Source: Lingula anatina
Lineage: Eukaryota; Animalia; Brachiopoda
Assembly (NCBI GenBank): GCA_051362555.1
Contig: CM120641.1
Span: forward strand, 36,152,401-36,216,400
DNA: 64,000 bases
Direction of reading: 5' to 3'
The translations under genes were made by a program, and so were the position numbers. Positions 50,388-64,000 of this stretch are shown here, piece by piece. The notes under the pieces are model-generated. The model did not search any database and was not told where the DNA came from. It saw only the letters and a list, made by a program, of their open reading frames with translations. Position 1 is the stretch's first letter. Every line of letters begins with the position of its first letter.

Positions 50388-52471
50388 ATGTTGAAAACAC
50401 ACTATCAGTCCTCGGCGAGTTACAGGACGTACGGCTCGATGCGATTGCCGTTTCTCGGTCAGACGGTGAAGGCAGGCCAGTGCGTCTCTCCAAGAGCAAT
50501 TTTAACCAAAGACAGTGCGAGTTACATGGTCCATAGGAGTGTGCCACCGAATATGGAGTCAGTCTATGCAGATATGTACTCTGGGGCGACATCTCCGGCC
50601 AGACATAGGGCAGCTCCCGTGTCTATGAGCTCTTCAGCGGAGTACGCTACCCGGTTCAAATCACGACCCACCACTACCCCCAAAGTCGTTGGTTTTGATC
50701 CGTCGACTGTGGTACCAAGGGAAAAGTCGGGGATACGAGGCGTTAATGGCTTCTTTCCACCCGTGAAACTACGAGGAGCTGGATTCAGGAGCAGGGGGCA
50801 TTACGAGACGCAGGTAATATTGGTAAAGATAGACCTACTATGTAGCTTAGCATTCTATCGTGTTTTTCATAAATCATTTTTTAAAAATCTATTACTGAAC
50901 TTACATTTTTATTTAAGTAAGTTGTCAATAAGACATAATTGAAAGTTCGGTAAAAGATTTAATAACTTTATTTTGGCTTTCTGATAAGCCATCCACTTGA
51001 GGAATCTTAGTGTTTTTTTAATTTGACATGAAACAATTATCTGGATCCTATAGTAACGGCGTGAAATAGCACCAACTAACGGAGAGAGTTTGTACTAGAA
51101 ACATAGGATAAATCCCTCATGTTGGTCTATTTTTTGGGTAGAAAGAATAGAATCCTTTCCTTCCTGGACTCTCCCCTCATTCCCCATATGGTTCTTACAA
51201 CTATTTCTTATAGCATCACTGAATATTACATTAACCATAATCCATAAACTATGAAATCTATGGACATTTTCGTCATGAAAAAATTACCACGCAGGTCACA
51301 GTATATTACCAGTTCAACTTTATTCCTGTCGGCGGCACGAAAGTAACGATTTTCCATTAGTGGGACATATTCAGGGACCTGTTGTTGCTTTATTCGTAAA
51401 TCGATACAAAATACCAGTCGCATTTTAAGTTTTCCCGAGTAATAAAGTCTCATATTGTGCGTAGATGGAATTTTAAGCCAAATTTCTTCGTTTCTATTTA
51501 AGTGTCCCAGGCTTAATGAGTTAAGCGTTTTACTCAGAGGTCTATAGGTGACGCATAATACCCCCCAGACTTGATCACGAAGTTCACTCCAGTTGGCAGC
51601 AGATTTGCTCTAATTTCAAAGCAATTTTTTTTTTGTTGGTTGTGTTGCCGTGTTGTGCTAGTCCGCGTGTAAATTTTACTTTAGATTAAGTATCACAAAG
51701 GCAGAATTTGTCACAGCAATTTGAAATGTCGTTTCTTTGGGATCTTTATTACATTCATAACTTATTCAGTGATCTAAATATAAATATATTTTTTTACACA
51801 TTAGATACTAGTTACGCAATTGGGGTTTCTTCCAATTTTAACCTGGTATAAATGTCGAACAGACGTGTGCACACACGATCTACGACTTATACCGGATTTT
51901 AAACAGATTTTAACCTAGATAAAACCTAATTTGAATTAAGACCAGGTTAAAGTCGAAATGCAATGCCTCCTCTTGATGTTTTTATCAAATGCTCTTTAAA
52001 TAACTGTTAGACTTATTAACTGAATACATATTAATTCCTTATTTATTTTATTTTATGCAGAGCCAACCCGGAGGACTCGAACTTATTCCAGTTATGAGTC
52101 CCGATCCGAGCGAAATAAGACCAAAAACTGAACAATCTCCACGACCAGAACTGAAAACGGAGGTCTCGTCAATAATTTTCACAGGTGGTCGATCTCGGAG
52201 CGTTTCGTCCAAGCCACGCACCAAAATGGACACTGTGCAGCAAATGAAAATGATGCACCATGTACATAACCCGGATTACATCTCATGTCCTCTTGAAGTG
52301 GAACAGGACGAGACTTTGGACGACCTGAGTTACCTACCTAAACCAAGGAAACAGTTAATACCGACCAAAGATGTGCCTTTTGTATATAGGTACAAAGTTA
52401 AAAAGAACATGAATAAGTTGAATCACATGATGGCAAGTCGCGCACCCGTGTTTCCAGAACATATTTGGTGA
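50388..52471 (+). CDS. Uncharacterised 278-aa protein, 2 exons (50388-50813, 52061-52471)
   Basis: Two GC-richer ORFs joined in phase 0 by CAG|GTAATA and a polypyrimidine-TGCAG acceptor. Ser/Pro/Arg-rich, ending KDVPFVYRYKVKKNMNKL...FPEHIW. Confidence 0.7.
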
Positions 52472-53166
52472 GCCGAGACTGTGATATAATTATATCAATG
52501 TATATCAGTATATCATCATTGCTTCAACGCATTAAGTGTGAAATATCATTCAGTAAATCATTTATTCACTGTCATAAAAACTCATAACACTTATCGTTCA
52601 ACGGAATTTTAAATCTACGGAGACGGATGTTTTAAAATCCCCGCCCTTAAAGCCTCGTGTGGAGAAAGGTTGGTAAATTCCAGGATGGTAGAAGTTCAGC
52701 TCCCTGCGCATCTTCGTCCGGAAATATTCGTTTCATTAGGAAGGAGTATCAAGTCCTTCAGGAGCAAATATCACTTATATGCCTCATTAACGTAAATGAA
52801 GGCGGTCTTTTCTTGTGATTCTGTAATATGTTTTAAGTCTCACATTCTGTAACGTGTTTTAAGTCTCACTGTCTTGCTCAAACCATGACACGAACTACGC
52901 ACTGTGGACTCATTAGGACTCATAGTCTTTAGGACTCATTGTGGACTCATAGTCTTTAGGACGAACTTCTTGCGTATGCAAAAAGCTTGGATCAAAATTA
53001 GTATTTAGTTGCATATTATTATTATAGGAGTATTTCTTTCTCGTGTTGTCATTCAACCAGCAACATCCAAGCCCAAAGAAATGACGCAAGGTCTATGCTT
53101 TCCGGAGGAAAAAAGTTATGGCTATAACCTTTGGAGCATAAAAATGTGAGGGGTGCTTTATACTTA

Positions 53167-53388
53167 AGCCCCCTTTACACTGGATGGCGTCCTTTCTGCG
53201 TCCAGCAGTACGGCCCCATTTGAGAGTTAAAAAATTATAATACTTTACGTGCCGACAACTGGCCGATCATTGAGCATTCATTCTGATACAAAATCAATGC
53301 TCGTGCCTCCTTATTAAGACCACAGCAATGCCAAATTTCATGGTCGCAGAAAGGACGCAGAAAGGACGCCGTCCAGTGTCAAGGGGTA
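53167..53388. mobile_element. PIF/Harbinger-type MITE
   Basis: Imperfect ~35-bp TIRs CCCCTTTACACTGGATGGCGTCCTTTCTGCGTCC / GGACGCAGAAAGGACGCCGTCCAGTGTCAAGGGG with TTA/TAA flanks. Confidence 0.75.
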
Positions 53389-56276
53389 TAACTAATTATG
53401 CCACAGTCTCAATACACCGTTGTATTTTGGACCTACCTCACTGACAGCTGAGAATCATATCCGCCAGAACCAGCTATTAAATTTGGATATTTAATAGAAT
53501 GGATACATCAGTATTAGAATAATTGAGCTTTTTGTATAACAGAAACCCACCAAAACCGAAACTACTTCAATTTTGGTAAATATGTAGTAGTAGTACAATT
53601 GAACAGTACATTGGAGAATAATCGTATTCAAAAAGTGCCAAAATGTCATAAGACGACTATAGATATAGATTAAATACAAAATAATTACGCAAAGTGATAC
53701 ATGCGTGTAGAAGTTGGCAGTTTCATAATAGCTTTAAAAATTGCCATTATATGGTTAAGTGCAATGCCTTTGAAAATAGGTTCACATCACGTCTGGTGTG
53801 TAGTTTTGTGAAGTTTGCCCACCGTTTAGTTTTGTGAATTGTGCGAGTCCAGATTCATCGAACGTCATCAAAATTCATCTGAATGCATGCGAATCAATAA
53901 CGTTGTTAAAATTCATGTGTGGCTAACTGTTTGTCAATGAAATCAATAAAGACACGCAAATATACTAGTGGGTGCCTTGTTGTTGTTCTTTTAAAGAGGA
54001 GAAATATTAGAAAACTCAATACATTTTCTCACATCGAATCTGTTTTTTTTTTTCGTCTTTGTCCACTTCAGTTGTAGATTGCTTTCGCCGTGTCGGTGTA
54101 ACGTGACCTAGAGTCCGTGGACTGTCAGTTTCAGAAGCTAGGGCCTGTTAGGGGCCTGTACCTCCGTCCTCGTTAAGATAACATTACAGGGAGTACGTAT
54201 AACATAATTCCCCGGATTTAAAATGAAGGGTCCACCAGACTCCACGTCTCGTTACAACGGCGGAAACGTGTGCATCACGTCTTTCCCGTGCTCCCGAAAT
54301 CCCAAATTCTGTTAAATTAATGGCGTTATTTTTAATAGCCATAATTGGTGTCATCTTTAGGCTAATTTCAACAGATTTTTACTTCAAATAGACATACTAA
54401 GCTTAGATGCTGGAATAAAATTTGAGAACTTCTTGGCAAGCCGCCCTTTGAGAACAAAAATGTTAGCATTACAACCGGTTTTCAAAAGTTTTGCAAGTTT
54501 ACCAACTTTTTTTCTTTCGTTTGTAAAATCCACAAGGCTGCAAAACCTTACCCCACTCTAAATCTCAATCACTAAACAACTTTCCCCCCAATTTAAAAGT
54601 TTTCATAGTAGGGAATGTTTTGTCTCTGGAAATTTGGTTGTATTAAATCACATTACATCGTCTTTTTTTTTTTTTTTTTTTTGAACCAACATGATAATAG
54701 GTTTTTTCAATGTCCATAAAGATGACTCAAGATGAGATGAATAAAGAAAACAGATTTCTAATTTGCTGCTCATCTTTTTATTAGCTTTCACATTATTTTT
54801 TCAAAAATTGTGATACAAAGAAATATAATAAGATGTGATTAACAATGAAGGAACTGCAATGAGGGCAAAAATGAACACCAACTTAACCTGACCAAGGGCA
54901 TGTACCCCGCAAAAGTAGCATTCATTTTTGCTCTCATTATGTGAAGATATGTGAGTACAAAACATAGAACATTACGTATTAACCTGTAAGAGAAAGACAT
55001 TCACTGCTACAGACAAGTTTATCAAAAATAATTAAGTATTTTAGAAAATATGACCTGAAAGAAAGAGAAAGCAAGGAACGAAATTCAGTCACTATTTTTC
55101 CTGTGGGATGAACGGTTTCACATCAGCAGCAGATGAGGCGTGCAGGCTCCCGTGAAACTTTTATGGATACACTTGGTTTGGAACATCTTACCTGGCAGAA
55201 CCACCAATTTACCTTTGTTGTTGTTGTTGTATTAATTTGACTTGAACTGGATGCTGATTCAACAAAATGCAATAAGCAGTCCTCAGAATAGAAGTTGAAT
55301 GCTTGTATTAGGCAAAGGTCTCTGATCCATGTTTGGCTTCTGTAACATTGTATTTGTAATGGTAAGAGCTTATAACCTCTGATGATTGCGGTCTCTTTTA
55401 AGATTGAACTTTTTCAAGTCTTTCAAGTTGAGAAACTGCAGTGGATTTCTTTTATGTAACAGCATGTTCTTATAAAGGGTATTTCAACAGCCAGAAAGTC
55501 TTCAAAATGGGCTACAAGATCTTCCAACAGTCAACATGTTCCCAAGCACTCATCACAGGGATGGCAGACTTGAATGAACCTGCAACTCCGATGACAAAGA
55601 ATTCCAAGCTTGAACCTGCAGCCATCTGGCAACGTCAGATTGCCTTCTACTGTTACACCCACCAATGTTACCACTATCTGTTGTATATTTCACAGTGAAC
55701 AACAATCTACAACTACTAGTTAATACATACTGAAAAAACTGAGCATCGTCTACACAGCAATAATGCTGCTCAGACAAAAAATGCCTTTTTTTCAAAAACA
55801 AGGCTTACAAAAGACTAGTTTAAGGATATTGAATTCTTTGACAAACAATAGACTACATAGACTTTAATTGGATACTAACATTATAATGTGGAAATGAATA
55901 TGAAATGTGAAGCTGAAGGTGTATTCCGTGAGCACTCTTCTCAAGCTGCTGGGTTGGATATCTGTAAGGAAACTGCTGAATGATCAATGAAATATGGTGA
56001 GAATGAAATGCAATGGAGCTGGAAGTGATGACCGACTTCACATCATCTGGCGATGGTGGGGTCACTGGCTGGGGACATGGTCAAGCAGAACACCAAGGGT
56101 ACATACTGACTGGACTTGGCTAAACTAAACAACTCCACCCAGTAACCCATGTCGTAGTAGTGGCTGTAGTAAATAGGGGAAGTAGGCCAAAAAATTGCCT
56201 GCCTGGCTGAACACTTGTCGAACGGAATCAAAAAAGTCATGATGAATGAATGAATGAGGTGGATTTAGCTTTAATT

Positions 56277-59200
56277 TTATGCAAGTGCAGCCAGGACCTT
56301 CGGCATGCTGGTTTTGCAGTCCAACTTTGTGCGATCCTGAGTAAACACCGCCTCCAATCCTTCTAGGAATTCCACACACTTTTCCTCGTCTGGGAATGCC
56401 AATTCAGTCTGGATGAATGGGACAGACAAGGTGGGGCGATATCTAAGTGTAAATATGAAGAAAAAACTGTTATGCACACATTTTGGTTATTTTGTTACTT
56501 CTGGGGAAAAAAATTGCCTCATACAAACCTGTTTGATCCAGAAAAGATACTCACCTCTACTGACTTTCGCACCTTACATTTTGATGATATCATAGCAAAA
56601 CACGCAATATAAATTTTAATATGCTGATTAAATTACTTAATCACTTACCTTTACCAATGGAAACCTGAAACCACTAATAATATTATAACAGTCACAAAGA
56701 AAGCCCCCCCCCCCCCCCCCCCCCAACACTGTCTAACACTAAGTCAAAGAAAATTGTTTTGCAAGCAGGATTTGCGTTCCTCCCCTCCCCTCTTTCTTTT
56801 TTGCAAATTTCGGTGCACATCAAACTTAACTAACAGATGCTCTTACCTATTCCACTTTTAATTTTTATCTTTATAAGCCAAACTTATAAAATGAAATTGT
56901 AAATACTGTTAGACCCCAAAGTGTCATATATGTATATATTTTTTACAATATGCAAAACTTTTAATCCACAAAGAAATCTTAGTGTTAAAAATAAGCACTG
57001 GCCCCAGAAATGTAATTTTCTAACTGAGCAAATAACCTTTAAATCTTTCTGGTATGTGTAATGTGATTTTAATTGATCCAGACACTTGAAAACTACTGGA
57101 TTGGTTGACTTTTGATACTTTAAACATATTTCTAACACTGAGACATATAAATGAAAATTAAAAAGGTATACATACGACTTCACAAAGATCTTCAGTGCCT
57201 GCTTCCTTGCTCTTTCTACAAACCAATCTATAAGATACCCAGCCATCTTGGGAGCATTTTGGTATAATTTAAAGAATTTGTGATAATTATTCAAAGACCA
57301 GGCATGTAAGATTTCTAAAGAATGTTTTATACACCCATCCTTTTTGTCTTCTTTGCTCAGTGAAGCTAATACTGTCGTGAGATCTGAGTTTCAGTTAAGA
57401 AAAAAACAACAGACTCTAAAACATAAAATGCACATGCTGTGAAACAATTTTTAGTAAAAATTAATGGCAAATTTAAGACAAACCTATGAGGATATATATG
57501 ATTTTAAAAAATACACTGACCATAAAAATAAATAATCTTAGGTATTTGGAAAAATATTACTTCAGTGCAAAAGGATACCTGACGAGTTTGATGTGAAAAT
57601 ATAATATAAAATTCTGTATGCTGTGAACTCTAATCTATGGTCTGGGCTGATTCCTTCGGAGTACAACAGTTTCAACTGAGTTTGGCACTGGTTAAACTCT
57701 TCATGGTCTCCCTTAAGTCAAAAACATCAAATAATGAATTTCTTTTAAATAATAAAACTCCTCTTCTCCTGTACTGTTATAGATGATGGCAATATCTTAT
57801 ATTATAATAAATATAATGACAAAAAAAAAAAAAAAAAACAAACAACTAAACACATTTAAGGGAATAGCTTATTATGTGACTTCTCTCAAATATGCATATA
57901 AAATGTTGTACAGATTTAAAGGTATTACTTAATAATCTAATTTTATTAAATAAAAATTTTTATTTGATTTCTTACCACTTCCATGGCTACTCTTGCATGG
58001 GTTTCATACACCTGGACTGTGAAACCATCCCTAATACACTGGACCTGAAAAATAAGCCAAGATCATAATTTGTTAAACTCATGTCATGATGACACAATTT
58101 ACTAATACTGAATTACACTAACAAACAACAAAAATTAAAATCCAGTAGATATTTTTCAAATTGCTCAGTTTATATTCAAGAAGTTCTGCTAACCCTGAAA
58201 CTTACAGTTAGGTCCTGCCTAATTGCCTTCAACTGTTCACAAGCGTAGCGATAGTCTTGTTTCACCTTCCAGTGATCTTTCACCATTTTAAGTGATTGTT
58301 GCAGCACCTCAACTGGTCTGACTGTTGATGGGTCAGGGGCCTAGGATAAAAACAATCTCTTCAAAATCAACATCCATTGTTTTTTTTGTACTTGTTTTAA
58401 AGCAAAAGATGTGAAATCACCCCTTCAGACTGAAATTCCAGTCCACTAGCATTGTCCACATCTAAAACGTTGCCATACAGAAACTGACTGCAAAAGCTAA
58501 TGGACACCATTATCATTTGATTTTCTCAGCAATATTATAGGGGTATTTATATATATATATATAAAATTGTTGCCCATATAAAGTGTAATATATAATGATC
58601 TACTTACAGCTGTAAGTCGTAAGTATTGTTTGGTCAAATCCTGACAAGTTCCAATGATTGCACTTCCATCCCATCCGGCTTCTGAACCACTGTCTCCCTC
58701 ATCCTTTATAAATAAAATGTTTTAATTATTCAATTATACAATAAAAGCTGATGAATTTTTACAGCAGACTTGGAAAATACTATTCATTTCTTTCAAATGA
58801 ATAGTTGTGCAAAAAAAATATGCACACATACATCATAGTTCTGTATAATAATAATGCATTAAATAACTGATTTTACTCACATCAAAATTATTTATTCTCA
58901 AGACTAATTTCTCTGTCCTTTTCTGCGTTTCCAAATGGTCCCCAAATCTAGCAGCTCTCTTCATCAATCTTTCTTTCTTGTCTGGTGTATTGTACTCCAT
59001 AAACTCAAAGCTGTAAAATAAAGCAATTCTATATATATAACAAAAACAATACATATGTATATTAATAAGGAAACGAATATTAATGCACTTGCTTCATCAC
59101 AAAATTTAAATCAACTTACTTTTTCTTCCCCTTCTTCCCTTTTTTTGCCGAACCTGTCATACCATCTCTGTTTTGGTCTCTCTCCTGTTTTTTATTCTTT

Positions 59201-59888
59201 CCACCACGTCCTCTACCTCGACCGCGCCCTCTTCCTCTTCCACCAAAGCTATACACACTGTCACCACTTTCACTACCACTGCTGTGTCTTCTCCTCCTGT
59301 CCCTTTTCCTTCTGTAGGATGGCGACCTTGACCTACTCCTTGACCTACTTCTTGATCTACTTCTAGAACTGGACCTAGATCTACTTCTTGGGGACCTCCT
59401 AAAACCTGGAGTGTAGCCCCCTTTACGCCCTCTTTGCTGTCTGGGAGTCGGATGATATTCATTACCATTACTGGTGCGGTCATCAGTGTCCATCTCCCAC
59501 CTATTCTTTCTGTCACTCATTGATTTTTGACTCCCATTTCCAATACTCACTCTCCTTAAAAAAATAAATAAATAATAATAATAACAATTATAATAATTTT
59601 TAAATACAAAGGATGTTTCTTTTAATGTTATCATTTTAGTATGAAAAATATTATTGGATGTGACTTTGGGATATGTCATCTAATTTGGAATGTTTAAAAC
59701 AAATGTTCAAGAAACTTACGGAGGGAGAGGCTCTCTATCCCAATCCAAAGAAAACGCAATGTCTGCTGCAAATGCAGTTGTTATTTTTTCTTTAAGATTT
59801 TTTTCCATAATATCCTTCTCCTGGTCAGTGGTAACACTTGCAAAAGCCCTCTGCACATACTCCCTAAAATTGACACAACCATAAAAAA

Positions 59889-59939
<51 letters not shown>

Positions 59940-62448
59940 ATCCAGTACAATTCCTCAGTTGTTTGCAGAAACTTAAACATTTTAAATAAATTTTTCAACC
60001 AATCCATATTTACCATTTTGTAAGTAATAATGCGTATAGAAATAGTTACATTGCGTTTCAAATCCAGTGAATCCTTGAAGTTTCAACATGAATTCTATAT
60101 GGACAATGTTAAATTGAAAATCTTTAAGATCTGTACTTTGTACTTACTTTAATGCAGGTGGCCATTCACCAGCAGCAGCCTGGCTATTTCTAAAAAAAAA
60201 AAAAAAAAAACATGAACATAAAAGTATCGTGTTTTCTTTAATTTCTTCCTTAAGTATCAATAAACATCAGTTTTAGAAGTTTAAACTGAAAGCCAGTATC
60301 ATGCTCATGGCTGTTAGTTTAACAACTATTCTATTTCAGTGCTGTTACATTGTAAAGAAGCACAAAAACATACTTTTGCTGTTGTACAGGTTCCTGTTGA
60401 TGCATTTCCTGTTGTTGTTGCATCTCTTGTTGCTGTTGTTGATGCTGCTGTTTCCACTGCTGTTTGTTTTGTTGCTTTTGCTGCACTCTCTGCTGATAGT
60501 CATTCATAACATTGTTCTGCTGGCCAAGCCCTGGTCTCTTGTTTGGCAGTTGAAAACGAATACCACCTGCACCAGGAGCCTCTACAAAGACAAAACAAAA
60601 TTTTTTCCCCATAATCGATTTTTACCTCAAAAGAAATCACACAAATCCAACCACATCTTACCTCAAAAGAAATCACACAAATCCAATCACATCTTGTGGG
60701 ATGAATCTTAAAATATCTTTACCAAAACAGTTAAAGGTATAACAACTATTTGTTTTTGCCAACAAACAGATTTTCCTGGGGTAAGATTTCCCCCTACCTA
60801 ACGATGGTTAATAATTCCATTCCTACCTTCAAAGTTAGTCCATGTTATTTTTCTTCAAAGTTTGCTATTTTTATTCCAGAATAATTACGATAACTGCTGT
60901 TTTGGTGGTAAAAATGGAATTAATTCCATTTCTATGAGTTGCTTACAATGTTATAATAGTTGTAAAATATGTTTCTCATATGAAGAGATGCTATCCCTTC
61001 AACTCAGGTAAAAAAAAAAAAAAAAGCTTACGTTTTCCTCTTCCCCTACTAAAACCACCATCATTAGCTGACCGTGTTTGGTAGGGTCCACCAGGTGGTA
61101 AAGGAGGCTGTTGCTCTCCTATTTGATTAGCATGGGGTCCTTGTTGCCTTGACTGCGGCGGCATCATGTTCACAGGAGGGTACCTTGGAGGTCGTTGATA
61201 CATATTTGGAGGTCCTGGCGGATACATGCCCATGCCAGGCATACCATAGCCACTGAAATATGGATAACAGACACTTAAATGGAGGGAACGTGTAGGTGGC
61301 CCATACCCCACAGAGGATAATAGGTATAAGTGAGTTACTTAAATACATCTACACACTGGCTCAGTTGGGAAGAATTTAGGCAGAGTTACTTAGTAAAAAG
61401 TACTGGACCTACTGTCAGTTATGTAATGCTAGGAGCAAATTCTTTTTGAGGAAGCAATGTACTGAACTATTTTCACCATGCTTTCTATAAAAATATTACA
61501 GCCCTTAGTTGATAATGAAAAGGAACATGGTAGAAAATATCAGGATATTACTATGTAACATACTTATTGTAGGGGTACTGTTGCTGATACATTCCCATTT
61601 GCATCTGCTGCATGTACTGTTGTGTAACATTTGGGGCTTCCTGTTGCACTTCAGCTTGCTGGGCTTTTTGTTTAGGTGGGCTCTTCATTTTGGCTTGTGC
61701 TTCTTCTAATGCTTTTCTGGCCTTTTCCCATTCTGGTTTTTCTGTTGGGGCATTATTGAACTGTTGAGGCATTGGAGGCCTGGTAAGGGAAAAAATAGAC
61801 ATATATGGTTATGAGTTGCTTAAGTGTAGACTGCATTAGTTTTTCAAAATTGGTCTATTTTTAAGCTTTAAACATCGGTTTCTTAACTGATGAATAGGTA
61901 CCTGCTTGACAATTTTTTTCTATTATTTTTTGTCATTAAAGGTATCCTATATAGAATTTTCATACCAAATATGATTTTTTTTCTTGAGAAAAAAAGGCAA
62001 AATTTTTCCTGCTCACAAATTATGACTTGCTTCATTCCTGCATTTGGATTCAATGCATTAAAATACCTTAATTTACGTGTTCCAGCATACAAAGTGACAT
62101 AGGAAAAATGTTCAAACACGTATGGTGTTATTTCTAAACTAACAACAAAGTCATCTTGTCTCACAACTTTGAATTTTGAACTTTGGTGCTCCTTTTCAAA
62201 ATAATTTTCAACAGAGTTACATTTTATCTGGCTGCTATCAGTATGATTACTAGCACTAGTACATATTTGACGCATATCCGTTTTGGCAACATATACCTTT
62301 ATGATTTTGACAGGACACCCATTTCAACAGAAAACATATCTCTGTGCGACTGACAATATAAATCACATTCCACTGTTGACAACTCTGGGCATAACAACCC
62401 GCAACAGAATTTCAACTTTGATTTTTGCTGCTAAAAAGATTTGACAAA

Positions 62449-62481
<33 letters not shown>

Positions 62482-62849
62482 CGGACAAAGGGTGAATCCT
62501 CAAGTGTGGTTCCGAAACATAAGAGGGCACATAGTAGGAAACTCAAACAGAATATCTACTAATATAGCCCAAGTGGAAGAATAACATACAGATCGGACAG
62601 ACTTTAAAACATTTTGGTTCGATCAATCTGTTACTAAAGTTGAACCTCCAGAATTTGATAAAGAACGACGTTGATTGAGAATTATCACGGTTCTCTACAC
62701 AACATTTCTCCTTTTTCAAATATATCTAAATACTTAAACGTGACCGAAAATATTCAAGGGCTATTATAATTGGAATCGGTTTACCATTGAGATGCCTGAG
62801 TTGCCATATTCCCTGCTGAATTCCACTGCATCGCGCCTGTGTTCAGCAT
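56277..62849 (-). CDS. LENG8: Leukocyte receptor cluster member 8 homolog (SAC3/GANP/THP3 domain), multi-exon
   Basis: [43 protein letters not shown]-rich region, [16 protein letters not shown]|[88 protein letters not shown]...LDCKTS. Introns in phase where checked. Confidence 0.93.
59886..59941. repeat. (AAAT)n microsatellite at a LENG8 intron acceptor
   Basis: Direct reading. Confidence 0.95.
60735..60998. mobile_element. Kolobok-type MITE, copy 3 of 3, in a LENG8 intron
   Basis: TTAA|AGGTATAAC...GATGCTATCCCT|TCAA with the shared internal blocks. Confidence 0.65.
62448..62481. repeat. Poly-G tract in LENG8 intron 1
   Basis: About 34 consecutive G. Confidence 0.9.
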
Positions 62850-62879
62850 TACTTAGCAATATGGAGGATCTTTCTACTG

Positions 62880-62939
62880 TGACGTCACGTTGATATGATG
62901 GATTCGTGCGCCATTCTGAAACGAGGGCAATTGACGTCA
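62880..62939. promoter_or_regulatory. Two palindromic CRE sites (TGACGTCA) between LENG8 and PKA-RI
   Basis: TGACGTCA at 62880-62887 and 62932-62939 within the 290 bp separating divergent start codons. Confidence 0.75.
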
Positions 62940-63139
62940 GAAATATTTAGAAGAAAATAATTCCAAGACGTTCCAACCCTCTTTTGTCTGATGTTTGTTT
63001 ACAATTTTTGATTATCAAAACTGAAATATTTAAAGCCGCTACGAATTTTTATTTGCAAACCAAATCGTTTTGTGGTTTTGATTTTTAGAAGCGCATTAAA
63101 GTTGACCTATTTCTAGATCAGTTCTTGGGTTCAGCTGCG

Positions 63140-63301
63140 ATGGCGACTCACGATGATGAGACTAGCCTCAGAGAATGCGAAGATTATATACAGAGACACA
63201 GTATTCAACGAATTTTGAAAGATTGCATTGTGCAGCTTTGCATAAACAGACCCGAAACCCCTCTCAGCTTTTTGAAAGAATACTTTGAAAAGTTAGAAAA
63301 G
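63140..63301 (+). CDS. PRKAR1: cAMP-dependent protein kinase type I regulatory subunit, first coding exon (dimerisation/docking domain)
   Basis: [46 protein letters not shown] matches the RI D/D domain and is followed by a GTGAGT donor. The gene continues beyond the window. Confidence 0.92.
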
Positions 63302-64000
63302 GTGAGTCCAACACACCCCCTCCCTAGAAAGCATGCAAGTCGATATTATCATCTATGTTAGCTTGAAGCAAGTGCGAAAACATCCATTGAATTTAAGTAA
63401 ATTGGGGGTAAATATTTGCACTAACTCAATGGCCCTTCATTGTATTTTTATAACCGAGCCATCAAACATATAATGCCGTTTGCAGAGAAAACAAATTCTT
63501 TTGGAATTCGGCCTGTAAGATTAGTTATAGTAAACTACTCCTCAGTACTTAGTACCGAATTCTTTTAATTTCCCGTCTGGCATTCACGTCATGCTTTCAA
63601 GGCACCCTACTCCTTCACTCGACCCTGACACACTTGTATACAGTGCATTGCATAACTCACATCCACTGCCCAAGACACTGACCCTTGAAAAACGACCATT
63701 GATGATGTTCACTTATACCGATGCTGCATATCACTACTGGTATCCGTGTGTATCAGTGCCATAACTTCAGGTAGACATAGGTGTAAATTTGCAAAGTGGA
63801 TCCAGTTCGAAAAAATACTCATGGAATCTGCAGCACTGGAGAATGATTTAAATATGAAGCTCTGCGTGGTAAGTGGGAATAGTTGTGCACGGGTGTCTTG
63901 TTTAAACATTTGGGAATGTGAGGTGTTGACTATGTGCAGATTTTAAAACTTGTATAACCTGCAGTCCTAACAAGATATAATTTATTGAATCAAGAATGAG

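Noticed and set aside
54040-54680. GC-richer segment bounded by poly-T runs, possible mobile element
   Set aside because: No convincing TIR, TSD, tRNA boxes or Helitron end motifs could be established.
55441-56240. Cluster of short ORFs after the LENG8 stop
   Set aside because: No coherent frame or motifs; more likely LENG8 3' UTR.
60301-60711. Leu-rich plus-strand ORF resembling a membrane protein
   Set aside because: Antisense of the poly-Gln LENG8 exon.

Overview
AT-rich, intron-rich animal genomic DNA. It looks invertebrate, probably lophotrochozoan or mollusc (inferred from protein style, not proven). No prokaryotic systems, rRNA, tRNA or CRISPR arrays were seen. Host genes are a synaptotagmin-17-like C2 gene (-, truncated at the window start), a complete 10-exon ERCC1 (+), a head-to-head GNPTG (-)/TSR3 (+) pair, an intronless 161-aa orphan ORF (-), a 2-exon unknown gene (+), and LENG8 (-) head-to-head with the first coding exon of a PKA type I regulatory subunit (+) across two perfect CRE sites. 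About 17.8-36 kb is a nested transposon cluster. It holds an apparently intact intron-containing piggyBac, a Ngaro-type tyrosine-recombinase retroelement (A1..B1-A2-B2 split repeats, SGNH hydrolase 5' of gag), and a second DIRS/Ngaro remnant split by a TIR element with a 5-bp target-site duplication (TSD). It also holds a Gypsy integrase/chromodomain remnant followed by an F-type env-like fusogen, plus Myb/SANT and SAP-domain transposon-protein relics. Elsewhere are a CCCAG-ended element built from palindrome arrays, Kolobok-type TTAA elements and several MITEs. All coordinates and splice models were read by eye, and family assignments are from recalled motifs, not searches.
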